DNA of 59,075 bases from the NCBI GenBank assembly GCA_947071285.1, contig CAMTFK010000001.1, forward strand, positions 1 through 59,075. Direction: 5' to 3'. The position numbers and the translations under genes were made by a program. Position 1 is the stretch's first letter. The number at the start of each line of letters is the position of its first letter. The notes beneath the pieces were generated by a model. It did no database searches. It was not told where the DNA came from and was given only the letters and a program-made list of their open reading frames with translations. Source of the stretch: an uncultured Bacteroides sp. GTDB taxonomy: Bacteria; Bacteroidota; Bacteroidia; Bacteroidales; Bacteroidaceae. Positions 48,441 through 57,346 of this stretch are shown here, one piece after another.

Positions 48441-51400
48441 ATGACTAAACAGAAGAAATTCATTACTTGTGATGGTAACCAGGCTGCTGCGCATATCTCG
48501 TATATGTTCTCTGAAGTAGCTGCTATCTATCCCATCACTCCCTCTTCTACGATGGCTGAGTACGTAGACGAATGGGCTGCCGCAGGACGCAAAAACATCT
48601 TCGGCGAAACAGTATTGGTACAGGAAATGCAATCGGAAGCCGGTGCTGCCGGAGCCGTTCACGGTTCACTGCAAGCCGGTGCGTTGACTTCAACGTACAC
48701 TGCATCTCAAGGTCTGTTGCTGATGATCCCGAATATGTACAAGATTGCCGGTGAATTCCTGCCTTGCGTATTCCACGTATCAGCCCGTACACTGGCTTCT
48801 CACGCTCTGTGTATCTTCGGTGACCACCAGGATGTTATGTCAACCCGTATGACAGGTTTCGCTATGTTGGCAGAAGGTTCTGTACAGGAAGTTATGGACC
48901 TCTCCGGTGTTGCTCACTTGTCAACTATCAAAGCTCGTGTACCGTTCGTTAATTTCTTCGACGGCTTCCGTACTTCTCACGAAATCCAGAAGATCGAGAT
49001 GTTGGAAAACGACGATCTCGCTCCGCTGATTGACCAGGAAGCTTTGGCTGAATTCCGTGCCCGCGCATTGAATCCGATGAATCCGGTTGCCCGTGGTATG
49101 GCTGAAAACCCCGACCACTTCTTCCAGCACCGTGAATCATGCAACAACTACTACGAAGCAGTTCCTGCTATTGTAGAAGAATACATGAATGAAATTTCTA
49201 AAATCACAGGACGTAAATACGGCTTGTTCGATTACTATGGTGCTGAAGACGCAGAACGCGTAATCATCGCTATGGGTTCTGTAACCGAAGCTGCCCGCGA
49301 AGCTATCGACCACTTGATGGCTAATGGCGAAAAGGTAGGTATGGTTGCCGTACACTTGTATCGTCCGTTCTCTGCTAAGCACTTCCTGGCTGCTGTACCT
49401 AAGACTGCTAAGACTATTGCAGTTCTTGACCGTACGAAGGAACCGGGTGCTAACGGTGAACCGTTGTACCTCGATGTAAAAGACTGCTATTACGGTGCAG
49501 CCGATGCTCCGGTAATCGTAGGTGGCCGTTATGGTTTGGGTTCTAAGGACACTACTCCTGCTCAAATCATTGCCGTATTCAAGAATCTGGCTATGCCGAT
49601 GCCGAAGAACCACTTCACTATCGGTATCGTAGACGACGTAACCTTCACTTCACTTCCTCAGGAAGAAGAAATCGCATTGGGCGGCGAAGGCATGTTCGAG
49701 GCTAAATTCTACGGACTGGGTGCTGATGGTACAGTAGGTGCTAACAAGAACTCTGTGAAAATCATCGGTGACAATACCGACAAACACTGCCAGGCTTACT
49801 TCTCTTACGACTCAAAGAAGTCAGGTGGTTTCACTTGTTCTCACTTGCGTTTTGGTGATACTCCGATCCGTTCTACATACTTGGTAAACACTCCGAACTT
49901 TGTGGCTTGCCACGTTCAGGCTTACCTGCACATGTATGATGTAACCCGCGGTTTGCGCAAGAACGGTACATTCCTGCTGAATACAATCTGGGAAGGCGAA
50001 GAACTGGCTAAGAACCTGCCTACCCGCGTGAAGAAGTATTTCGCTAAGAACAATATCTCTGTATACTATATCAACGCAACTCAGATTGCACAGGAAATCG
50101 GTTTGGGTAACCGTACCAATACAATCCTGCAATCTGCATTCTTCCGTATCACAGGCGTAATTCCTGTTGACCTGGCTGTAGAGCAGATGAAGAAATTCAT
50201 CCAGAAGTCTTACGGTAAGAAAGGTGAAGATATCGTAAACAAGAACTATGCTGCCGTTGACCGTGGTGGTGAATACAAGCAATTGACCGTTGATCCTGCT
50301 TGGGTTAATCTGGCTGACGACGCTAAGACTGAAAACAACGATCCTGCATTCATCAACGAAGTAGTTCGTCCGATCAATGCACAGGACGGTGACTTATTGC
50401 CCGTATCTGCATTCAAGGGCATCGAAGACGGTACTTGGTATCAAGGTACAGCTAAATACGAAAAACGTGGTGTAGCTGCTTTCGTTCCCGAATGGAATGC
50501 TGAAAACTGTATCCAGTGTAACAAGTGTGCTTATGTTTGTCCTCACGCTTCTATCCGTCCGTTCGTTCTGGATGCTGAAGAGCAGAAGGGTGCAAACTTC
50601 GAAATGCTGAAAGCTGTAGGTAAGGCATTCGACGGTATGACATTCCGTATCCAGGTTGACGTTCTCGACTGTCTGGGTTGCGGTAACTGTGCCGACATCT
50701 GTCCGGGTAATCCGAAGAAGGGTGGCAAAGCTTTGACTATGAAACATCTGGAAAGCCAGTTGAACCAAGTTCCTAACTGGGATTACTGTGCTGAAAAGGT
50801 AGCAAGCAAGCAACACTTGGTTGACGTTAAGGCTAACGTAAAGAACTCTCAGTTCGCTACTCCGTTGTTTGAATTCTCAGGCGCTTGCTCCGGTTGTGGT
50901 GAAACTCCGTATGTGAAGTTGATCACTCAGTTGTTCGGTGACCGCGAAATGGTAGCTAATGCAACAGGATGTTCTTCTATCTACTCCGGTTCAGTACCTT
51001 CTACTCCTTATACTAAGAACGAAAAAGGTCAAGGTCCTGCTTGGGCAAACTCTTTGTTCGAAGACTTCTGTGAGTTTGGTTTGGGTATGGAACTCGCTAA
51101 TGAAAAGATGCGCGACCGTATCGTGAAACTGTTCAACCAGATTCTGGAAGGCGAAAATGCTCCTGCTGAAGCTAAGGAAGTATTGAAAGCATGGATTGAA
51201 AACATGTACGATGCAGACAAGACTAAAGAACTTGCACCTCAAATCGAGGCTATCATCGAGCAAGGCATCGCTGCCGGCTGCCCGATCAGCAAGGAACTGA
51301 AAGGCTTGACTCAATATTTAGTAAAACGCAGCCAGTGGATCATCGGTGGTGACGGTGCTTCTTACGATATCGGTTACGGTGGTCTCGACCATGTAATCGC

Positions 51401-51998
51401 CAGCGGTAAGGACGTTAACATCCTGGTTCTGGATACTGAGGTTTACTCTAACACAGGTGGTCAGTCTTCTAAGGCTACTCCGGTGGGTGCTATCGCTAAG
51501 TTTGCCGCTGCCGGTAAGCGTGTACGTAAGAAAGACCTCGGTTTGATGGCTACTACTTACGGTTACGTTTACGTAGCTCAGATTGCTATGGGTGCCGACC
51601 AGGCTCAGACTCTGAAAGCAATCCGCGAAGCTGAAGCTTATCCCGGACCGTCACTCATCATCGCTTACGCTCCGTGTATCAACCACGGTCTGAAGCTGGG
51701 TATGGGCAAGAGCCAGGCTGAGGAAGAAAAGGCTGTTAAGTGCGGTTACTGGCACTTGTGGCGTTACAACCCGGCTTTGGAAGCTGAAGGCAAGAATCCG
51801 TTCCAGTTGGATAGCAAAGAACCGGATTGGGCAGGATTCCAGGACTTCCTGAAGAGCGAGGTTCGTTACTCTTCTGTAATGAAACAATATCCTACGGAAG
51901 CTGCTGAACTGTTCCAGGCTGCTGAAGACAATGCTAAGTGGCGTTATAACAGCTACAAGCGTCTGTCTAAAGGAAACTGGGGTGCAGATGCCGAATAA
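48441..51998 (+). CDS. nifJ: Pyruvate:ferredoxin (flavodoxin) oxidoreductase
   Basis: IYPITPSS, MQSEAGAAG, DGFRTSHE, two 4Fe-4S motifs, GACSGCGE, GGDGASYDIG. Confidence 0.98.
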   Translation: MTKQKKFITCDGNQAAAHISYMFSEVAAIYPITPSSTMAEYVDEWAAAGRKNIFGETVLVQEMQSEAGAAGAVHGSLQAGALTSTYTASQGLLLMIPNMYKIAGEFLPCVFHVSARTLASHALCIFGDHQDVMSTRMTGFAMLAEGSVQEVMDLSGVAHLSTIKARVPFVNFFDGFRTSHEIQKIEMLENDDLAPLIDQEALAEFRARALNPMNPVARGMAENPDHFFQHRESCNNYYEAVPAIVEEYMNEISKITGRKYGLFDYYGAEDAERVIIAMGSVTEAAREAIDHLMANGEKVGMVAVHLYRPFSAKHFLAAVPKTAKTIAVLDRTKEPGANGEPLYLDVKDCYYGAADAPVIVGGRYGLGSKDTTPAQIIAVFKNLAMPMPKNHFTIGIVDDVTFTSLPQEEEIALGGEGMFEAKFYGLGADGTVGANKNSVKIIGDNTDKHCQAYFSYDSKKSGGFTCSHLRFGDTPIRSTYLVNTPNFVACHVQAYLHMYDVTRGLRKNGTFLLNTIWEGEELAKNLPTRVKKYFAKNNISVYYINATQIAQEIGLGNRTNTILQSAFFRITGVIPVDLAVEQMKKFIQKSYGKKGEDIVNKNYAAVDRGGEYKQLTVDPAWVNLADDAKTENNDPAFINEVVRPINAQDGDLLPVSAFKGIEDGTWYQGTAKYEKRGVAAFVPEWNAENCIQCNKCAYVCPHASIRPFVLDAEEQKGANFEMLKAVGKAFDGMTFRIQVDVLDCLGCGNCADICPGNPKKGGKALTMKHLESQLNQVPNWDYCAEKVASKQHLVDVKANVKNSQFATPLFEFSGACSGCGETPYVKLITQLFGDREMVANATGCSSIYSGSVPSTPYTKNEKGQGPAWANSLFEDFCEFGLGMELANEKMRDRIVKLFNQILEGENAPAEAKEVLKAWIENMYDADKTKELAPQIEAIIEQGIAAGCPISKELKGLTQYLVKRSQWIIGGDGASYDIGYGGLDHVIASGKDVNILVLDTEVYSNTGGQSSKATPVGAIAKFAAAGKRVRKKDLGLMATTYGYVYVAQIAMGADQAQTLKAIREAEAYPGPSLIIAYAPCINHGLKLGMGKSQAEEEKAVKCGYWHLWRYNPALEAEGKNPFQLDSKEPDWAGFQDFLKSEVRYSSVMKQYPTEAAELFQAAEDNAKWRYNSYKRLSKGNWGADAE

Positions 51999-52034
51999 TT
52001 TCGATTATTGAAATAAGAAATAATAAACTCTAAG

Positions 52035-52074
52035 AAATAAAGGCTGCACCGCGAACCGGTTGTAGCCTTTATTT
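52035..52074 (+). terminator. Intrinsic terminator of nifJ
   Basis: Stem AAATAAAGGCTGCA / TGTAGCCTTTATTT. Confidence 0.8.
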
Positions 52075-52105
52075 GTTTCTAAATAAAATTTAAACAACGA
52101 ACATT

Positions 52106-52294
52106 ATGATTGGATTTATCATTTGGGTCATCGGTGTAGTACTTGCCATAAAGGCTGTACTCGAAATTATGAGATGGAATGTGGATGGAGTGAAAAAACT
52201 ATTGGTTGCCATCCTTGTATTGCTGACTAGCTGGATAGGTCTGGCTGTCTATTACTTCTGGGGAAGGGAAAACTTGCCGCAGATGTTGAAATAA
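52106..52294 (+). CDS. Small 2-TM membrane protein (PLDc_N-like)
   Basis: 62 aa; pattern W..G..KLLVAILVLLTSWIGLAVYYFWGR; AT-rich leader; terminators on both sides. Confidence 0.75.
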   Translation: MIGFIIWVIGVVLAIKAVLEIMRWNVDGVKKLLVAILVLLTSWIGLAVYYFWGRENLPQMLK

Positions 52295-52314
52295 GCAAGT
52301 ATTGTTGTAAACTG

Positions 52315-52362
52315 TAGTATCTCAAATTTCCCTCCTCCCCGGGAGAAGAATTTGAGATACTA
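52315..52362. terminator. Hairpin between convergent genes
   Basis: 14-bp perfect arms TAGTATCTCAAATT / AATTTGAGATACTA. Confidence 0.75.
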
Positions 52363-52373
52363 TTTGATTGATA

Positions 52374-53258
52374 TTATTGACTGATAACTGTTCCTATCAG
52401 TTCCAGGACTTCCTCTTCCGTTCCACTGAACGGTCCATAGCTTTGCAACTTCACCGAACACATGGCGGCAGCAAAACAACCGGCCTCCTGATAAGAAGCG
52501 CCTTTATTACGCATATACAAATAACCAGCCATATACGTATCCCCACAACCGGTGGCATCCGCCACGTTCTCTACCGGATAGGCAGGAATTTCATAAAAAC
52601 GATTGTCCACGTAAATAAGCGAGCCTTTATCTCCTAAAGTCAATAAAACTTCCTTCACACCCCAAGTAGCCAGTTTGAGTGCGGCATCATAAGGGTCTGC
52701 GCACTGCGTAAGCATTTCCATCTCATGTTCATTGGCTTTCAGGATATGGATATACTTCAGAGCTTCCTCCTTTTCAGTCCAATCCACCGCCAGCACTTCT
52801 TCCCCCTGCACTTCACGCAAGTAGCCTTGCACATCAAGAGAAAGCAAACCTTTGCCCGCAAGAGATTTAATGACCTCCAACGAGAAATCATCCGCCAACA
52901 GACTACCCAAGTGGTAAATGCGGGCATTCACATCCTGCAGACTTTCAACCGTGAAAGGATCTGCTTTTGCTGTCACCCGTTGTTTCCGTTCGTTGGTATC
53001 CTCACCATAGATATTCTCAAAGCAGATGGAACGGGCACTGGGAAGCACTTTCACTTCGATGTTTTGTTTCCTCAAATCGTCCACCACCGACATCTCGCTA
53101 TCCGCCAGGGCAGTGACAAGTTGGAATCCTTCCGTACTCAGATGTTTGATGGCATGTGCAAAATAGAAAGATGTTCCTCCCGGCATGTGCACTGTCTTTT
53201 TCGGAGTAACTACTTTATCCAAAGTAATATATCCAATGCAACAAAGATTGTATTTCAT
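52374..53258 (-). CDS. PfkB/ribokinase-family carbohydrate kinase
   Basis: IGYITLD, PGG, LKANEHE, TLGDKGS, DATGCGDTYMAGY. Confidence 0.92.
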   Translation of the reverse strand: MKYNLCCIGYITLDKVVTPKKTVHMPGGTSFYFAHAIKHLSTEGFQLVTALADSEMSVVDDLRKQNIEVKVLPSARSICFENIYGEDTNERKQRVTAKADPFTVESLQDVNARIYHLGSLLADDFSLEVIKSLAGKGLLSLDVQGYLREVQGEEVLAVDWTEKEEALKYIHILKANEHEMEMLTQCADPYDAALKLATWGVKEVLLTLGDKGSLIYVDNRFYEIPAYPVENVADATGCGDTYMAGYLYMRNKGASYQEAGCFAAAMCSVKLQSYGPFSGTEEEVLELIGTVISQ

Positions 53259-53324
53259 AAAATGTCTATTCCTGTTTCAGACTACAAAAGTAGGCAATTA
53301 TTATTGTTTCCTCCCCCTGTAAAG

Positions 53325-56090
53325 CTATAAATTCTTTCTCTTTAAGAAATCCGTAGGACTTTCACCGAATTGCTCCTTGTAACACTTCGTGAAATAAGAA
53401 GGAGAAGAGAAACCAACCTCATAGGCAATCTCCGCAATCGTCATCTCCGAAGAAGCAAGCAGAGAAGCCGCCTTTTTGAGGCGAGCCTGACGCAGCAGTT
53501 CATTGGGCGCATAGTTGGTGAGTGACTTCAACTTACGGTAAAGTTGCACGCGGCTCAATCCCATATCCTTGCCCAAGTCCTCTACATTCAGTTCCGCGTC
53601 TCTCATCTTCTCTTCCACAAGAGCCTTGAAACGGGAAACGAAATCCTTATCCATATCGCTGATATTCTCTTTCGCCAACGTCTGGTTATCACCGAAGAAC
53701 TGTCGAAGCTGACGACGGGAATCTATCAGATTACGGATACGGGACAAGAGCAATTGCGAATTGAAAGGCTTGGAGATATAAGAGTCCGCACCTCCATTGT
53801 ATCCCTGGATGCGTTGCTCGTCGAGCGAACAGGCAGTGAGAAGGATGACAGGGATATGGCAAGTCTGCAATTCCGTTTTCAGACGGCGGCAACACTCCAC
53901 ACCATCCATACCGGGCATCATTACATCGGAAACAATCACGTCGGGGACGTACTTCATGGCAAGGCGTATGCCTGTAGCTGCTTCCGGTGCGTCCAGTACC
54001 TGATATTCTTCGGCGAGCAGCGTCTTTACATAATGACGGATATCGGCATTATCATCAATAACCAATACTGTGGGACGTCCCGTTGCTCCTGCCTCCTCTT
54101 CATCAGCCGATAACTCGCTTTCTACTAACGTAGCGGAAACTTCCGTCTCTCCGGCAGGCAGCGTCACCACGGTAGGATGATATTGAGAAATGCTCTGAGC
54201 CGGAAGAAGGACGGTAAATGTCGTTCCCTTTTCATCACTCTGAGCAGTGATTTGCCCGCCATGCATTTCTACAAAGGCGCGTACAAGAGCCAGTCCGATG
54301 CCTGTGCCCGCCTGATGACCATCTATCTGATAGAAACGCTCAAAGATGGCATCCACTTCCTGGGAAGAAACGTAGCTGCCGGAGTTGAAGACGGAGAAGC
54401 GAAGGCTCGCGACATCGGCTTGCAGGCTCACGACTATCTTTCCATTCTCAGGGGTATACTTCACGGCATTGGACAACAGGTTGAAGTAGATGCGCTCCAT
54501 CTTCTCGCAGTCCGCCATGATGCGGAAATCCGCGTCGGGCATGGCTTCGAAGGAGAAAGAGATATGTTTTTTCAGCAGGGCCATGCGGAAGGAATCGTTC
54601 CAGCTACGAAAATTGCTCAACAGGTCGAAAGGCTCCAGATGGAGTTCCATACGCCCGTTCTCTACTTTACGGAAATCGAGGATTTGATTGACGAGACGAA
54701 GAAGGATATTAACGTTCTTCTTCATCAGTTCCAATAACTGACGGGAATGCTCCCCGAGGGATTTATCAGCAAGAAGCTGGTTAATGGGGTCGGCAATCAG
54801 CGTCAGCGGAGTACGAAAATCATGAGAAACATTGGTAAAGAACACCAGCTTGGCGTGAGTGGCCGCTTCCAATTCATGGGATAATTGTTCCAACTGCTCC
54901 TTTTGCTGGATAAGTTGCTCCTTCTGTTGTGTCAACTGTTGCTTCTGTTCTTCGAGTTTCTCCTTCTGCCGGGAGAGTTTCCGATTCAGGCGGTTCTTGG
55001 TGCGTAGCGAAAGGTAAACGGCAACCAACAGACCGACAACCAACAGGAGCACTAACAGACTACCGAACAGCACCACCTGCTGCGTAGCATAGCGGTCAAG
55101 ATAATGATTCATCTTTCCGTTCAGCGTCTCTATTTTTCCGTCAAGGGTGGCGATATGCGTGGTCTGCATCTGCATAATCTGGGCATTGGTGCTGTCCACA
55201 GCAGAGGTATTTAATATCGTTTCGCGCGGGAAGTCACGTTTATTCAGAATGTCCATTGCAATCTGTATCACCCGGTCGCCACCGGTGGGATAAATAAATG
55301 TGGCATCCAGTTCGCCCTTCAACACCTGTTCCACACCATATCCTTCGCCGGACAGGGCATCCGTACCAATGAAACGCATCTCCCCCGCCCTGCCTTTCTG
55401 CCGGGCAACAGCGTAGGCACCTGCCGCCATACGGTCGTTCTGGGCATACACCACATCTATCTGAGGGAAGTGCGCCAGCAGCGTATCCATCTTCTGTCCA
55501 GCCTCGGAACGTAACCATCCGGCATCTTCGCGTCCCAGGAGCTTGATGCCGGGGTAAGGGGAAATGGCAGAGACAAAGCCCTGATGTCGGTCTATCGCCG
55601 ATGTGGAACCGGTCAAGCCTGATATTTCCACTACATTTCCTTTTCCCTGGAGCATATTAACCACGTAGCGGCCTATCGCTTTTCCTATCTCATAATTGTC
55701 CGCACCGATATAAGCGGTATATTTATCGGAAAGTATCTTGCGGTCGAAGACAATAACGGGAATGCCACGGTCGTATGCTTCTTCCACCACCGGGGTGATG
55801 GGGGCGGCTTCGTTGGGAGCGATGACTAATAAGTCCACCCCTTCCTCAATGAAATTGCGGATGTCCTCTATCTGACGGGCATTATCATCCTTCACGGTGC
55901 GGATGTCGATTTCCACTTCATCATAGAAAAGTGCTTCGCGCAGCATCTCGTTATTCATCTGGTGGCGCCACTCATCGTCGCTGCACTGGGATACCCCGAT
56001 ACGGAAACGGGGTTCATGCCGGGCGCACGAAGCTACCAGCCCGAAGAGGGAAAGTAAAGTTAGCAACAAGTAAACATTGTATCTTCTCAT
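53325..56090 (-). CDS. HTCS with periplasmic sugar-binding (RbsB-like) sensor, BT1754 fructose-sensor-like
   Basis: IGVSQCSDDEWR, IGADNYEIG, AQNDRMAAGA, YPTGG, VSHDFRTPLTLI, SDVMMP, AraC GFSSPSYF. Alternative start at 56117. Confidence 0.93.
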   Translation of the reverse strand: MRRYNVYLLLTLLSLFGLVASCARHEPRFRIGVSQCSDDEWRHQMNNEMLREALFYDEVEIDIRTVKDDNARQIEDIRNFIEEGVDLLVIAPNEAAPITPVVEEAYDRGIPVIVFDRKILSDKYTAYIGADNYEIGKAIGRYVVNMLQGKGNVVEISGLTGSTSAIDRHQGFVSAISPYPGIKLLGREDAGWLRSEAGQKMDTLLAHFPQIDVVYAQNDRMAAGAYAVARQKGRAGEMRFIGTDALSGEGYGVEQVLKGELDATFIYPTGGDRVIQIAMDILNKRDFPRETILNTSAVDSTNAQIMQMQTTHIATLDGKIETLNGKMNHYLDRYATQQVVLFGSLLVLLLVVGLLVAVYLSLRTKNRLNRKLSRQKEKLEEQKQQLTQQKEQLIQQKEQLEQLSHELEAATHAKLVFFTNVSHDFRTPLTLIADPINQLLADKSLGEHSRQLLELMKKNVNILLRLVNQILDFRKVENGRMELHLEPFDLLSNFRSWNDSFRMALLKKHISFSFEAMPDADFRIMADCEKMERIYFNLLSNAVKYTPENGKIVVSLQADVASLRFSVFNSGSYVSSQEVDAIFERFYQIDGHQAGTGIGLALVRAFVEMHGGQITAQSDEKGTTFTVLLPAQSISQYHPTVVTLPAGETEVSATLVESELSADEEEAGATGRPTVLVIDDNADIRHYVKTLLAEEYQVLDAPEAATGIRLAMKYVPDVIVSDVMMPGMDGVECCRRLKTELQTCHIPVILLTACSLDEQRIQGYNGGADSYISKPFNSQLLLSRIRNLIDSRRQLRQFFGDNQTLAKENISDMDKDFVSRFKALVEEKMRDAELNVEDLGKDMGLSRVQLYRKLKSLTNYAPNELLRQARLKKAASLLASSEMTIAEIAYEVGFSSPSYFTKCYKEQFGESPTDFLKRKNL

Positions 56091-56124
56091 TGTCTTTTCG
56101 GTTGTTTTAAGTATCATAGAGAAA

Positions 56125-56967
56125 TCAGAAACTCAGTCCTTTTTCACGACCGTGATTATAGACGTCTTCCAGTCCGTTGCCTGCAATGGTATAGAAATCG
56201 ACTCCCATCTCTTTCAAATCATGGTCAGGCTTTATAAAACGGATGGTGGAGTCATTAATCCGGGCAGGGACTTCTTCATCTGAGAAGAGATCAAAAGTCA
56301 CTTTTTCTTTTTCTGTGCAGATGCAGATAATCTCTTTGTATCCCAATTCGGCAAGGGGAACAACGGGACAAATGGAAGTGTAACTACCGTCTACGTACGG
56401 TTTATTGTTGATAAATGCGGGAATGTTCCAGGCGTGAAGCATGCGGGTGGTGGCATAGGCCACTTCATTCAGGTTTTCTTTGGTCAGTAGCGCAGTCCGC
56501 TCATCCGAATGGGTATCGAACATCTGCAATTCGAGATTCTGGTTTTTCCATTCCGGTTTATGGCGCAGGGCGTTTATCAGCAGCATTTGTCCCAGGCGTC
56601 TGGCTCCGTCCGATTGAGTGACTTGGGCGGCTTCTTCGTTTTTCACAAAACTGGTTGCCACTAACAGGCGGGCGGCTTGCGGGTTCCACAGATTGTCCTT
56701 AATCTCTGCCGACAACCGTTGAATGGATTGCAACATGGCACCGCTTTGGTTGCCTTCAGCCTGACTCGTTGTATATCCGTCTCTCCACAAGGAAAGGTCT
56801 AGTGCACTCACTTTATTAAATGCCGCAAAGACTGCTATCAAAACGGAAGAAGAGCAGGATGCATACGCTTTCGCCCTTATTCCTTTCTCCTCAAAAGCTC
56901 TCAGAACGCCATGCGTAAACACATTCTTATATCCACCGGACATACAACATATAGCGATATCATCCAT
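56125..56967 (-). CDS. Patatin-like (phospholipase-fold) protein with atypical motifs
   Basis: SGGYKNVFTHGVLRAFEEKGI (oxyanion region), ASCSSS (nucleophile elbow position), YVDGS (catalytic Asp position). Confidence 0.7.
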   Translation of the reverse strand: MDDIAICCMSGGYKNVFTHGVLRAFEEKGIRAKAYASCSSSVLIAVFAAFNKVSALDLSLWRDGYTTSQAEGNQSGAMLQSIQRLSAEIKDNLWNPQAARLLVATSFVKNEEAAQVTQSDGARRLGQMLLINALRHKPEWKNQNLELQMFDTHSDERTALLTKENLNEVAYATTRMLHAWNIPAFINNKPYVDGSYTSICPVVPLAELGYKEIICICTEKEKVTFDLFSDEEVPARINDSTIRFIKPDHDLKEMGVDFYTIAGNGLEDVYNHGREKGLSF

Positions 56968-57177
56968 ATTTTTTAGGGTATTAGTATCGCAAATATAAAA
57001 AAATATCAGATGTATTGTTACCTGTTTCGTTCAAAAAGCTCCTTATTCGATAGAAATTCAATTGGGGTAGAGCAGAAAGGGCACCTCTTATCAAGTGAAA
57101 ACGCACGGCTTTCTGAATGAAAGATAACTATGCGTTTATCTGTTTTGCATAGTGAGTTATCCCGTTAAAGCAACAGG

Positions 57178-57279
57178 ATTATCAAGTGTTGACAGTTGTC
57201 AGTAAACTTACTGACTACCGTCAACAAGTTTACTGACAACTGCCAACATATCGGCTGACAATAGTCAACACTTGATAAT
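57178..57279. repeat. 22-bp-period palindromic array with 16-bp terminal inverted repeats
   Basis: TGAC-N4-GTCA at 57190, 57212, 57234 (GCCA variant) and 57256. Ends are ATTATCAAGTGTTGAC / GTCAACACTTGATAAT. Confidence 0.9.
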
Positions 57280-57346
57280 TCATAAGGCAGAAGAGGAGAA
57301 ATGATAAGGCAAAAGCGGAGAGTTAGCTATCTGATTTAGCAGTCTA

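Noticed and set aside
56125-56967. CBASS CapV-type defence effector
   Set aside because: No cyclic-nucleotide synthase or other defence gene is adjacent.
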